Of a DNA stretch of 16,775 nucleotides, positions 1 through 8,135 are shown in pieces. The translations under genes and the position numbers were made by a program. This DNA comes from an uncultured Trueperaceae bacterium (GTDB taxonomy: Bacteria; Deinococcota; Deinococci; Deinococcales; Trueperaceae): positions 1-16,775 of the forward strand of contig CAWFFU010000006.1 of NCBI GenBank assembly GCA_963815215.1, in the 5' to 3' direction. Position 1 is the first letter of the stretch. Each line of letters starts with the position of its first letter. The notes beneath the pieces are model-generated. The model worked only from the letters and a program-made list of their open reading frames with translations. It was not told the origin of the DNA and did no database searches.

Positions 1-572
1 TTCGAGCGCAGCACCAGCACGGTCACCACTACGCCCGCAAGCAGCGGAAGGCCCACCAGCCACAGCAGCCAGCGCACCACCGAGCGCGGTCCCCCGGTCG
101 CCGGCGGGAAGGTGAAGTCGAGCGTGCCGTTGGGCTGCGCGCCGCCCACCTGCAGCGTCACCGTGGCGCTGATGTCCTCGTTCGGGTAGGTCCGGTCGCG
201 CACCGTGAGATCGTAGCGGCCGGCGGGCGGGGCGGTGAGCTGCGCCCGGTAGGTCCCGTAGGGCTCCGGGTACTCCCGGAAAGCGAGCTCCGTCGGCGTC
301 GCGTCCGGGCGGTCCGCCGGCGTCAGCGAGCCGACCAGCTTGGCGCCTTCGACCGGAGACTTGGACAGCGTCGCCAGGTCGACCGTGACGACCAGCGGCG
401 CGCCGGGGCCCGGCGGGTCGGGGTTCGCGGTGACCGCTCCCAGCACCAGCATGCCGTGGCCGGCGGCCGACGCGGCCGTCAGCAGCAGCGCCAGGGCCAG
501 CAAGGTCGAGGCGAGACGGCGGCCGGCCGGCCGGCGTCGGTCGCGGTGGGGGGAACGGGGGGGAGAGGTCAC
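1..572 (-). CDS. Exported, C-terminally membrane-anchored Ig-like protein (FixH/YtkA/CopC-like architecture); 3' end runs off the window
   Basis: Read manually; absent from the ORF track because no stop lies in the window. GTG at 572 with GGAG just upstream. Translation: MTSPPRSPHRDRRRPAGRRLASTLLALALLLTAASAAG-HGMLVLGAVTANPDPPGPGAPLVVTVDL...EYPEPYGTYRAQLTAPPAGRYDLTVRD...VVRWLLWLVGLPLLAGVVVTVLVLRS. It shows a signal peptide, a beta-rich domain with GTYRA..P.AG.Y.L.V, and a C-terminal TM helix. Confidence 0.8.
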   Translation of the reverse strand, partial: MTSPPRSPHRDRRRPAGRRLASTLLALALLLTAASAAGHGMLVLGAVTANPDPPGPGAPLVVTVDLATLSKSPVEGAKLVGSLTPADRPDATPTELAFREYPEPYGTYRAQLTAPPAGRYDLTVRDRTYPNEDISATVTLQVGGAQPNGTLDFTFPPATGGPRSVVRWLLWLVGLPLLAGVVVTVLVLRS

Positions 573-610
573 GTTGCGCTCCGAGCGGGGCGCGGGCCCC
601 GGGTGGCGTG

Positions 611-616
611 ACGATA
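611..616 (-). promoter_or_regulatory. Putative -10 element (TATCGT) for the 1..572 gene
   Basis: TANNNT hexamer about 40 nt upstream of the GTG at 572. TA dinucleotides are rare in this DNA. Confidence 0.4.
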
Positions 617-712
617 CCGCGTGACGCGCCGTCGTGACCCGCCCGGGGATGCGGTCGTCGTCCGGCGACTCGGGCGCCCCACCGGGGTAGGGTTCGACGA
701 CGCGATGGAGGG

Positions 713-721
713 TGCTATCCT
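713..721 (+). promoter_or_regulatory. Putative extended -10 (TGcTATCCT) of a leaderless transcript
   Basis: TGn-TANNNT ends 7 nt before the in-frame ATG at 729, with no Shine-Dalgarno in between. Confidence 0.55.
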
Positions 722-728
722 CCCGCTG

Positions 729-2246
729 ATGGCGTTCGGTAGAGGCCCCTTGCAGGCGGCCGGCGGACGCGACGGTGGCCCCATGGTCGACCAGCCGCGC
801 GGCTTCGATCTGCTCCGCCTGCCCGGGGTGCGCCGGGTGCTGCGCTGGCGCTACGCCCGCTTCGCCTTCCAACTCCCCCTGCTGCTGCTGGCCGCGGTGG
901 TGATCGTCGACGGCTTCACCGGTTCGCCGATGGCGCCCCGGAACGCCGCCACGACCGGCGTGTGGATCCACTACCGGGGCCTGGTGGTGCTGGCGCTGGC
1001 GCTGTTCGGCAACGCCTTCTGCGCCGCCTGCCCGCTGATGCTGACGCGCGGCGCCACCCGCCGGCTCGAGCGCTGGCTGCCGCGCAAGCTGCCGTGGCCG
1101 CGTGTGCTGAACAACAAGCTGCTGGTGCTGGCGCTGACGCTGGCCCTGCTGTGGAGCTACGAGGTGTTCGGGCTCTGGTCCAGCCCCCTGCTGACGGCGT
1201 GGCTGGCCGTCGGCTACTTCCTGGGCGCGTTGGCGGTCGACACGCTCTTCCCGGCCGGCACCTTCTGCCGCTACGTGTGCCCCCTGGGGAACTTCAACTT
1301 CGTGCTCTCGAGCGTGTCTCCCACGCAGATCGCCGCGGTCGACCCGGACGTCTGCCGCGGCTGCCACGACAAGCCCTGCCTGTACGGCCGGCCGGCCGCA
1401 GGCCGGCCGCTGCCCGCGCGCCCGGCGCTAGCCGTCGGGGGCGTCCCCTTCCCCGGTTGCGAGTCGAGCCTGATGGTGCCGACCGTCACCTCCAACATGG
1501 ACTGCACCTACTGCTTCAACTGCGTGCGCGCCTGCCCCTACGACAACGTGGCGTTGCGGCTGCGCGAGCCCGGGCGCGAGCTGGTCAAGGACCCGTGGGG
1601 GACGCGCGGCGGGGTCACGGTGCTGCTGTTCGGGGTGCTCCTCGCCGTGTGGGGGGTGATGAACGCACTGGCCATGATCGGCCCCTTCCAGACGCTGGCG
1701 GACGCCGCCGGGTCGGTCCTCGGCACGCACCGCCGCTGGGTGCTGATCCTCGTGCTGTACCTCGTCGCCAGCGTCGTCGGGGTGGCACTGACCGGCGCCT
1801 TCGCGCTGCTCGCCGACCTGGCGGGGGGCGCGCCCCCGCGCCCCTGGCGCGCGTTCCGGCGTTGGGGCTACGTGGCGGTGGCGCTCGGCTTCGGGTTCTG
1901 GACCGCCCACTACCTGTTCCACTTCCTCACCGGCGGCGCCGGCGCGGTGCCGGTGGCCGAGCACTTCCTGGACCGCTTCGGGGCCGGGCCGGCGCCGAAC
2001 TGGGGGCTCGATCGGCTGGTGCCGATGCCCTGGCTGTTCCCCATCCAGGCCGTCGTGACCGCCCTCTACGCCGTCCTCGCCATGGTGACGGCGCTCCGCA
2101 TCGGCCTGCGCGACTTCGGTCGGCGCGGGGTGGTGGCGATGTGGCCGATGGTGCTGTTCGCGCTGCTGTTCGCCGCCGTGCAGGTCCTGGTGCTTTCGCA
2201 ACCCATGCAGATGCGCGGCACCATGATGATGGGCCCCGGCGGCTGA
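729..2246 (+). CDS. Polytopic membrane 4Fe-4S protein (FesM / NosR-YccM-FixG-like polyferredoxin)
   Basis: Many TM segments. Motifs FCAACP, FCRYVCP, CRGCHDKPC...GCE and CTYCFNCVRACP (ferredoxin CxxCxxCxxxCP). Met-rich C-terminus QPMQMRGTMMM. Start placed at ATG 729 from the promoter position; ATG 783 is the alternative. Confidence 0.85.
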   Translation: MAFGRGPLQAAGGRDGGPMVDQPRGFDLLRLPGVRRVLRWRYARFAFQLPLLLLAAVVIVDGFTGSPMAPRNAATTGVWIHYRGLVVLALALFGNAFCAACPLMLTRGATRRLERWLPRKLPWPRVLNNKLLVLALTLALLWSYEVFGLWSSPLLTAWLAVGYFLGALAVDTLFPAGTFCRYVCPLGNFNFVLSSVSPTQIAAVDPDVCRGCHDKPCLYGRPAAGRPLPARPALAVGGVPFPGCESSLMVPTVTSNMDCTYCFNCVRACPYDNVALRLREPGRELVKDPWGTRGGVTVLLFGVLLAVWGVMNALAMIGPFQTLADAAGSVLGTHRRWVLILVLYLVASVVGVALTGAFALLADLAGGAPPRPWRAFRRWGYVAVALGFGFWTAHYLFHFLTGGAGAVPVAEHFLDRFGAGPAPNWGLDRLVPMPWLFPIQAVVTALYAVLAMVTALRIGLRDFGRRGVVAMWPMVLFALLFAAVQVLVLSQPMQMRGTMMMGPGG

Positions 2247-2253
2247 GCGCGTG

Positions 2254-2311
2254 GGCGGCGCGCGGCGCGGTCCCGCCGAGGCGTCGCGTGAGGCGGGCGA
2301 CCAACGCCGCC
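2254..2311 (+). terminator. GC-rich hairpin after the polyferredoxin gene (possible terminator)
   Basis: GGCGGCG (2254-2260) pairs with CGCCGCC (2305-2311); inner CCCGCC/GGCGGG stem. No clear U-tract. Confidence 0.3.
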
Positions 2312-2419
2312 CTTCCGGCCCGTAACAATGGGCGCTGAACCACCGAAGCCGCCGTGGCGCGGGCGCGAGCCCGGTGCCCCGAGCGGACCCACCCAGCTCC
2401 AGGATCGGGAGGATCACGC

Positions 2420-2848
2420 ATGCCCACACGTCGAGCCAGCGCCCGTTGGGAAGGCACGCTACAGCAAGGGAACGGCACCATGAAGTTGCAGAGTGGCGCC
2501 TTCGAGGGCCGCTACAGCTTCTCCTCGCGGTTCGAGGAGGGCACCGGCAGCAACCCGGAGGAGCTCATCGCCGCAGCGCACGCCGGCTGCTTCAGCATGG
2601 CGCTGTCGGGCGGGCTGGGGCGCGCCGGCTTCACGCCCGAGTACGTCTCCACCCAGGCGGCCGTGAGCGTCGAGAAGATGGAAGCGGGCTTCAGGATCAC
2701 CAAGAGTCACCTGACGTGCGAGGCGAAGGTCCCCGGCATGAGCAGGGAGGCGTTCCTCGAGGCGGCGCAGGCGGCCAAGGCGGGTTGTCCGGTGTCGGCC
2801 GCGCTGGCCAGTGTCGAGATCACGCTCGACGCCAAGCTCGTCGAGTAG
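2420..2848 (+). CDS. osmC: OsmC peroxiredoxin (lipoyl-dependent organic hydroperoxide reductase)
   Basis: GGGAGG SD at 2407-2412, ATG 2420. Motifs ASARWEG...YSFSSRFEEGTGSNPEELIAAAHAGCFSMAL and AKAGCPVSAAL contain both catalytic Cys; 142 aa. Confidence 0.95.
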   Translation: MPTRRASARWEGTLQQGNGTMKLQSGAFEGRYSFSSRFEEGTGSNPEELIAAAHAGCFSMALSGGLGRAGFTPEYVSTQAAVSVEKMEAGFRITKSHLTCEAKVPGMSREAFLEAAQAAKAGCPVSAALASVEITLDAKLVE

Positions 2849-2854
2849 CCGGGG

Positions 2855-2886
2855 TCGGGGGCGCGCCCGCGCGGGCGCGCCCCCGA
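2855..2886. repeat. Perfect 32-bp palindrome (hairpin, terminator-like)
   Basis: TCGGGGGCGCGCCCGC followed directly by its exact reverse complement GCGGGCGCGCCCCCGA, 6 nt after the osmC stop. Confidence 0.85.
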
Positions 2887-2903
2887 ACGGAAGGGTGGGT
2901 GCC

Positions 2904-3275
2904 GTGGACGACGCGTTGAACCTGCGGCGTGTCGCCGCCTCGCTGAGCGAGCTGTGGTCGCCGCGGGTGGTGGCCGAGCTCGACGACTCGTTCGTCAAGG
3001 TCGCGAAGCTCGAGGGCTCGCTCGCCTGGCACAGCCATGCCGACGAGGACGAGCTCTTCTTCGTGCTCGAAGGCGCCCTGCGCATCGAGATGGAGGACGG
3101 GGCGGTGGAGCTGGGCGAGGGCGACGTCTTCGTGGTGCCCAGGGGCGTGCGGCACAACCCGGTGGCCGAGCGCACCTGCCTGGTGATGCTCGTCGAGCGC
3201 AGCTCGACGCTCCACACCGGCGACGTCATCACCGACAAGACCCGTTCGATCGAGGAGCAGAAGCGGCCGCTGTGA
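2904..3275 (+). CDS. Cupin domain protein (Cupin_2 / mannose-6-phosphate-isomerase-like)
   Basis: WSPRVVAEL...VKVAKLEG.LAWHSHADEDELFFVLEG and VVPRGVRHNPVA give the cupin His/His/Glu/His metal motifs. GTG 2904 chosen as start; the track start at 2811 overlaps osmC. Confidence 0.9.
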   Translation: MDDALNLRRVAASLSELWSPRVVAELDDSFVKVAKLEGSLAWHSHADEDELFFVLEGALRIEMEDGAVELGEGDVFVVPRGVRHNPVAERTCLVMLVERSSTLHTGDVITDKTRSIEEQKRPL

Positions 3276-3285
3276 AGGTGCGAGG

Positions 3286-4551
3286 CTAGCGGCGCGCCTC
3301 CCAGTCGCGGCGCGCCGAGGCGTAGAGCGCCGCCGCCGGGCCCAGCCCCAGCAGGGTGGCGAGCAGCGCCAGGGCCACGGCCATGAACACCGGGGCGAAG
3401 CCGAACGCGCCGATGAGCAGCCCGCCCAGCAGCGGGAACAGCAGGCGCGGAGCCGTCAACGTGGCGACGAGCCCGCTGTAGGTGGGCCTCACGGCGTCGG
3501 GAGCGATGTCGACCAGCACGTTGTTGAACGACAGGTTGCGGCTGTTGACCGCCGCGCCCACCAGGAGGAACACCAGCGCGTACTGTCCCGGCGCCCAGCG
3601 CGCCAGCGCCAGCGCGACCAGCGGTAGCACGAACCCCAGCGCCAGGCACGCGCGCAGCACCGACGGGCTGCCGGTGCGATCGGCCAGCCAGGCCCAGGCG
3701 ACGTTCGAGACCGCGCCGCCCACCACCTGCAGGATGATGAAGGTGCCCACCGCCTCGGGCCCGACGTGCAGGCGCGTCTGCGCCAGCGTGACGTAGAACG
3801 GCAGCAGCAAGAGGTGGAGGCCTGCCAGGTTCTCCACCACCACCAGGCTGCGCAGCGCCCGGTCCTCGCGCCACAACCGCCGCAGGTCGGAAAGGTAGGC
3901 GCTCAGAGGCGGGCGCGAGCGCGCCTCACCCGGGGGCTCGCGCAGGCCCAAGAAGCCGAGCCCGGCGACCGCTAGGGCGACGCCCGCCCCGACGAACAGC
4001 ACGGCGTAGTTGTGCGGGAAGCTCAACGACGGGCGGGTCAGGATGTCGCGAGCCAGGAAGCCCGCGCCCAGCGCCGCCAGGCCGCCCAGGAACTGCCGGG
4101 CGGCGTAGAAGCGTCCGCGGATGCCGGCCCGCACGGTCTTGCCCACCACGTCCACGAATGCGACGCCGCCCAGGCTGCCGCCCACCGCGAACGCCACCAG
4201 CAAGACGAACAGGGTGACCAGCAGCAGCTGATGGGCGCGGCCCGCCCACAGCAGCGTGAGGCCGCCCAGCACCAGCCACGCCAGGGCGCGGCTGTACACG
4301 GCGACCAGCAGGAACCCCTTCTTGCGCGCCACCGCTTCGACCCAGCGCGAGAACAGCAGTTGCGGTACCACTTCGCCCGCCAGCAGCAGGCTGGTCATCA
4401 ACCCGACCAGCACCGGCGAGTCCGACAACAGCGCCACGTAGGCGGGCAGCGCCGTGGAGGGCTCGGCCAGGGCCGTGCCGACGGCGAAGAACACGCCGTG
4501 CCACACGAGTGCGCCGAAGTTCCAGCGCTCGGCGCCGCGACGCTGGGTCAA
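3286..4551 (-). CDS. MFS transporter
   Basis: 421 aa with about 12 hydrophobic segments and MFS-type loops (RGRFYAARQ, WLADRTG). The TTG start overlaps the TGA of the upstream peptidase (TTGA). Confidence 0.88.
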   Translation of the reverse strand: MTQRRGAERWNFGALVWHGVFFAVGTALAEPSTALPAYVALLSDSPVLVGLMTSLLLAGEVVPQLLFSRWVEAVARKKGFLLVAVYSRALAWLVLGGLTLLWAGRAHQLLLVTLFVLLVAFAVGGSLGGVAFVDVVGKTVRAGIRGRFYAARQFLGGLAALGAGFLARDILTRPSLSFPHNYAVLFVGAGVALAVAGLGFLGLREPPGEARSRPPLSAYLSDLRRLWREDRALRSLVVVENLAGLHLLLLPFYVTLAQTRLHVGPEAVGTFIILQVVGGAVSNVAWAWLADRTGSPSVLRACLALGFVLPLVALALARWAPGQYALVFLLVGAAVNSRNLSFNNVLVDIAPDAVRPTYSGLVATLTAPRLLFPLLGGLLIGAFGFAPVFMAVALALLATLLGLGPAAALYASARRDWEARR

Positions 4552-6356
4552 TGGGCGGCCCCGGGCTCGTGCTCGAGCTGGTCGACGAGCGACCCGACAT
4601 GGGCGACCGCCCGCGAGAGCGTGCCGGGGTCCGCCATGTCGATGCCGGCGTCGGCGAACAGCTCGAGCGGGCCGCGGGAGCCGCCCGCCTTCAGGAACGC
4701 GAGCCAGCGTTCCACGGCGGGCTCACCCTCCTCCCGCACGCACTGGGCCATGGCGACCGCCGCGGACAGGCCCGCCGAGTAGGTGTACGGGTACATCCCC
4801 ATGTAGTAGTGAGCCTCGTGCATCCAGATGGTGCGATCCTCGTCGACCAGCTCGACGGCGTCGCCCCAGAAGGCCTCCAGGATGGCGATCTGCTCCTGGT
4901 CGAGCAGATCGGCGGTGACGGCCTCGCCACGCTCGGCCAGGGCGTAGATGCGGCGTTGGAGCTGCGCCTTCTGCAGGTGCACCACGAAGTTGCGGTAGAA
5001 CGTCGCCATGAGCGCCTTGACGACGCGCCGCCGGTAGGCCGGGTCGTCCGAGGCGTCCATCAGACGGTCGGCCAGCAGCAGCTCGTTGAAGGTCGATGGC
5101 GCCTCGATGGCGTACAGGCTCGGCCGGCTACGGGCCAGCGGGTTGTTCTGCATGGCGAGCTGGCCCTGGATGGCGTGGCCGAGCTCGTGCGCGAGGATGA
5201 AGGCGCCGCGCAGGCCGCCGGTCCAGCTCGCGAAGACGTAGGGGTGGACGCCGTAGACGGACGAGCAGAAGGCGCCCCCGCGGCGGCCGGCGTTGTCGGC
5301 GCGGTCCACCCAGCGCTCCGCGAAAGCGCGCTCGACGATCCCCTGGTAGGCGCTCCCCATCCGCGCGGTGGAGGCGACGATGGCGTCGCGTGCGCCCTCG
5401 AAGGTCAGCTCGCCGCCGGCGCCGGGCCAATCGGCGTCGAGGTCCGCGACGCGCACCCGCTCCACGCCCAGAACGCGTTGCTGGACGCGTGCGTAGCGGC
5501 GCATGTGGGGGGCGAGCTCGCGCGAGAAGGTGTCGACGATGGCCTCGAAGGCCGGCCGGGTGACCTCCTGGCCGTGCAGGTCCATGTCGATGGCCGACGG
5601 GAAGCCCCGTACCTGGGCCTCGACGACGCCGTTGCGGACGAACGTGGCCAGGGTCGTCGCCAGCGTGTGGCGGTAAGGGGTGAAGCCCCGAGCGATGCTG
5701 CGGTAGGCCTCGCGGCGCAGGCGCGCATCGGGCGACGGCGAGAAGGTGAACATCTGCCGGCCCATCGACACGGCGTGACTCCGGCCGTGCGTGTCCGTGG
5801 CCGGCTCGAAGCGGACGTCGGCGCCGGTGGCGCGCTGGTAGAGCGCGAACGGTGCGTCGAACGCCTCGCCGAACGACGCCAGCACCGTCTCGGTCTCGGG
5901 AGCGAGGCGGTACGGTTTGTCGCGCAGGATTCCGTCCAGGAAGCGCGTGAAGGGAACGAGCCCGGGCTCGGAGCGGAGCCAGGACGCCAGCGTGCCGTCG
6001 TCGATCGCCAGGATCTCGTCGCTCAGGAAGGTGCGCTCGCGCTCCACCTCGCTCGCGAGTTGCCGGACGCGCGAGCCGTCGGCCTGGCACTCGGCGTCGC
6101 CCTGATCGACCGACAGGCGCAGCACGGCGTAGGCGACCACCCGGCGCAGCCGGATCTGCAGTTGCTGGTCCGCCTCGAGCGCCGCCTGCAGCACCTCGGG
6201 GCCGGCAGCGACGCGCCCGCGGAACCCGCTCAGGGTCGGCAGGTCGGAGCGCACGGACTGGGAGGCATGGTGCCACGCGTCCCGGTCGGCGAAGAGATCG
6301 GTCAGGTCCCAGGTCTCGTCGAGAGGGACGTCGCTGCGTGGCGGCTGATCGCTCAT
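4548..6356 (-). CDS. pepF: Oligoendopeptidase F (peptidase M3B)
   Basis: 602 aa. N-terminal RSDVP..ETWDLTDLF, WVD....GRRGGAFC, HPYV, zinc motif HELGH, third ligand in AIEAPSTFNELLL, and HYYMGMYPYTYSAG. Confidence 0.93.
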   Translation of the reverse strand: MSDQPPRSDVPLDETWDLTDLFADRDAWHHASQSVRSDLPTLSGFRGRVAAGPEVLQAALEADQQLQIRLRRVVAYAVLRLSVDQGDAECQADGSRVRQLASEVERERTFLSDEILAIDDGTLASWLRSEPGLVPFTRFLDGILRDKPYRLAPETETVLASFGEAFDAPFALYQRATGADVRFEPATDTHGRSHAVSMGRQMFTFSPSPDARLRREAYRSIARGFTPYRHTLATTLATFVRNGVVEAQVRGFPSAIDMDLHGQEVTRPAFEAIVDTFSRELAPHMRRYARVQQRVLGVERVRVADLDADWPGAGGELTFEGARDAIVASTARMGSAYQGIVERAFAERWVDRADNAGRRGGAFCSSVYGVHPYVFASWTGGLRGAFILAHELGHAIQGQLAMQNNPLARSRPSLYAIEAPSTFNELLLADRLMDASDDPAYRRRVVKALMATFYRNFVVHLQKAQLQRRIYALAERGEAVTADLLDQEQIAILEAFWGDAVELVDEDRTIWMHEAHYYMGMYPYTYSAGLSAAVAMAQCVREEGEPAVERWLAFLKAGGSRGPLELFADAGIDMADPGTLSRAVAHVGSLVDQLEHEPGAAH

Positions 6357-6361
6357 GGCCC

Positions 6362-6367
6362 AGCCTA
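6362..6367 (-). promoter_or_regulatory. Putative -10 (TAGGCT) of a leaderless pepF-MFS transcript
   Basis: TAGGCT lies 5 nt upstream of ATG 6356 and there is no SD. Confidence 0.5.
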
Positions 6368-6368
6368 C

Positions 6369-6405
6369 CGCGGGGGAGCGGCCGCCCGCAGGCCGCTCCC
6401 CCGCG
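6369..6405 (-). terminator. 15-bp perfect stem with 7-nt loop; probable terminator of the DUF4097 gene
   Basis: CGCGGGGGAGCGGCC-gcccgca-GGCCGCTCCCCCGCG, about 36 nt past the stop at 6442. No U-tract. Confidence 0.6.
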
Positions 6406-6441
6406 CTCGGGCTACAGGCTCGAGCGCTGGGGTCGGGCGGG

Positions 6442-7236
6442 TCAGCGCCGGACCGTGAGGCTGCCGTTCACCGTCTCGACGGCGAGGGTGGCATGTCCGC
6501 TGCCGGAGGCGCTGGCCCGGAAGCTGCGGGTATCCGGATAGGAGAGGTCGTAGCCGTCCAGCGAGACGCTGATGCCGCCGTGCGTGAGGTGCCCGTCGAC
6601 GACGAGGGCGGCGGTGGTGGTCAGGCCGGTGACGGCCACCGAGCCGTTGACGGTCTGCGCCCGGCTGTCGCTCCCCGACGGCAGGTCGATGTCGCTCAGC
6701 TCGACGCTGCCGTTGGTGGTGCGGGCACGGACTTCGGCCCTGGCGCCCTGCACGCTGATGCGGCCGTTGGTGGTGCTCAACGTCAACGGCGCGGCGCCGG
6801 TGCCGTCGGTGGTCACGGTGCCGTTGGTGGTCGCGGCGTCGATGCGCGCCATGGCGCCCGACACCGCGAGGTTGCCGTTGGTGGTGTGGAGCTTCACGGC
6901 CACCGGTCCCGGCAGCCGCACGTCGAAGCTGACCTGGCAGTTGAGGCACAGGAACGAGCGGTTGCGTCCCTCGAGCCTCAGGGTGTCACCGTCGACCGTC
7001 ACCCGGTAGTCGACGAGGCCGCGATGATCGACGGTCACGCCCGTGGCCGCCGGGTCGATGGTGACGGTGATGTTGCCGTTGACGGTGCCGGCATCGACGG
7101 TGCGGACGCCGCTCAGATCGAGGTCGCGCCGGTCGGTGGCGGCGAAGGCGGTGGCGAGTAGGAGCGCGGCAAGGAGCGCGAGAATGGCTCGAGCCAGGGC
7201 GCCTCGGTCGAAGGGGGTCGATCGGGTCCGGTACAT
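6442..7236 (-). CDS. Exported DUF4097 (putative adhesin, beta-helix repeat) protein
   Basis: GGGAGG SD at 7245-7250, ATG 7236. Signal peptide ending LLLATAFA, repeated T(T/V)NG.(I/V/L) beta-strand motifs, C-terminal LAVETVNGSLTVRR; 264 aa. Confidence 0.85.
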   Translation of the reverse strand: MYRTRSTPFDRGALARAILALLAALLLATAFAATDRRDLDLSGVRTVDAGTVNGNITVTIDPAATGVTVDHRGLVDYRVTVDGDTLRLEGRNRSFLCLNCQVSFDVRLPGPVAVKLHTTNGNLAVSGAMARIDAATTNGTVTTDGTGAAPLTLSTTNGRISVQGARAEVRARTTNGSVELSDIDLPSGSDSRAQTVNGSVAVTGLTTTAALVVDGHLTHGGISVSLDGYDLSYPDTRSFRASASGSGHATLAVETVNGSLTVRR

Positions 7237-7326
7237 GTGTGACGCCTCCCATGCCGACGGTAGCCCCGCGACCGCCCGATCGCCTCTGCCGAAAGTGGGA
7301 GGCGCGGCGCCCTGCCGGTGCGGCCG

Positions 7327-7332
7327 TATGAT
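7327..7332 (+). promoter_or_regulatory. Putative -10 (TATGAT) of a leaderless transcript
   Basis: Near-consensus -10 ending 6 nt before the in-frame GTG at 7339. Confidence 0.6.
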
Positions 7333-7338
7333 CGGCCC

Positions 7339-8127
7339 GTGCCCGAACACGAGGACCCGCCCATGCACGTGCTGGAGAACGAACGCTACTGGGACGGCAT
7401 GGCCGACGGCTGGGTCGCGTCGGGCGAGCGGCGCTGGGAGCTGGCGGAGCCGATCTGGGGCAACTGGGGCGTAGCGGAGGCGGAGCTCGGCCTGTTGCCC
7501 GCCGACATGACGGGGTCGCGCGCCGTGGAGCTCGGCTGCGGCACCGGCTACGTGTCGGCCTGGATGGCCCGCCGCGGCGCGGAGGTGACCGGCATCGACG
7601 CTTCGGAGCGGCAGCTCGCCACGGCTCGGCGCCTGGCGGAGCGTCACGGCGTGCCGCTGACCCTCATGCACGGTGACGCCGAGGCCACGCCGTTCGAGGA
7701 TGCTGCCTTCGACTTCGCGATCAGCGAGTACGGCGCCGCGACCTGGTGCGACCCCTACCGCTGGATCCCGGAGGCGCACCGCCTGCTGCGCCCCGGCGGA
7801 CGCCTGGTGTTCCTCGGCATGCATCCGCTCGCCCTGCTGTGCGCCCCGGCGGACGGCTCTGCACCGCTGGCGACGTCACTCGAGCGCCCCTACTTCGGGC
7901 TGCACCGGCTCGACTGGACGGGCGTCGAACAGGACCCCGGCGGCATCGAGTTCAACCTGCCGATCGCCGCCTGGTTCGCGCTGTTCCGCCGCGTCGGCTT
8001 CGCCGTCGAGGACTTCCGCGAGCCGCAACCGGCTGAGGGGGCCGACGCGGTGTCGCCGCACGCGGGTCTCGCCTGGGCCCGGGCCTGGCCCGCCGAGCAG
8101 GTGTGGAAGCTCCGCAAGCCGGGGTAG
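7339..8127 (+). CDS. Class I SAM-dependent methyltransferase
   Basis: Motif I VELGCGTG, then VTGID.S, GDAEATPF.DAAFD, and RLLRPGGRLVF. Confidence 0.92.
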   Translation: MPEHEDPPMHVLENERYWDGMADGWVASGERRWELAEPIWGNWGVAEAELGLLPADMTGSRAVELGCGTGYVSAWMARRGAEVTGIDASERQLATARRLAERHGVPLTLMHGDAEATPFEDAAFDFAISEYGAATWCDPYRWIPEAHRLLRPGGRLVFLGMHPLALLCAPADGSAPLATSLERPYFGLHRLDWTGVEQDPGGIEFNLPIAAWFALFRRVGFAVEDFREPQPAEGADAVSPHAGLAWARAWPAEQVWKLRKPG

Positions 8128-8135
8128 CGCCGCGC

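Noticed and set aside
4509..6458. 649-aa plus-strand ORF
   Set aside because: Antisense shadow of pepF with no recognisable motifs; long shadow ORFs are expected in high-GC DNA.
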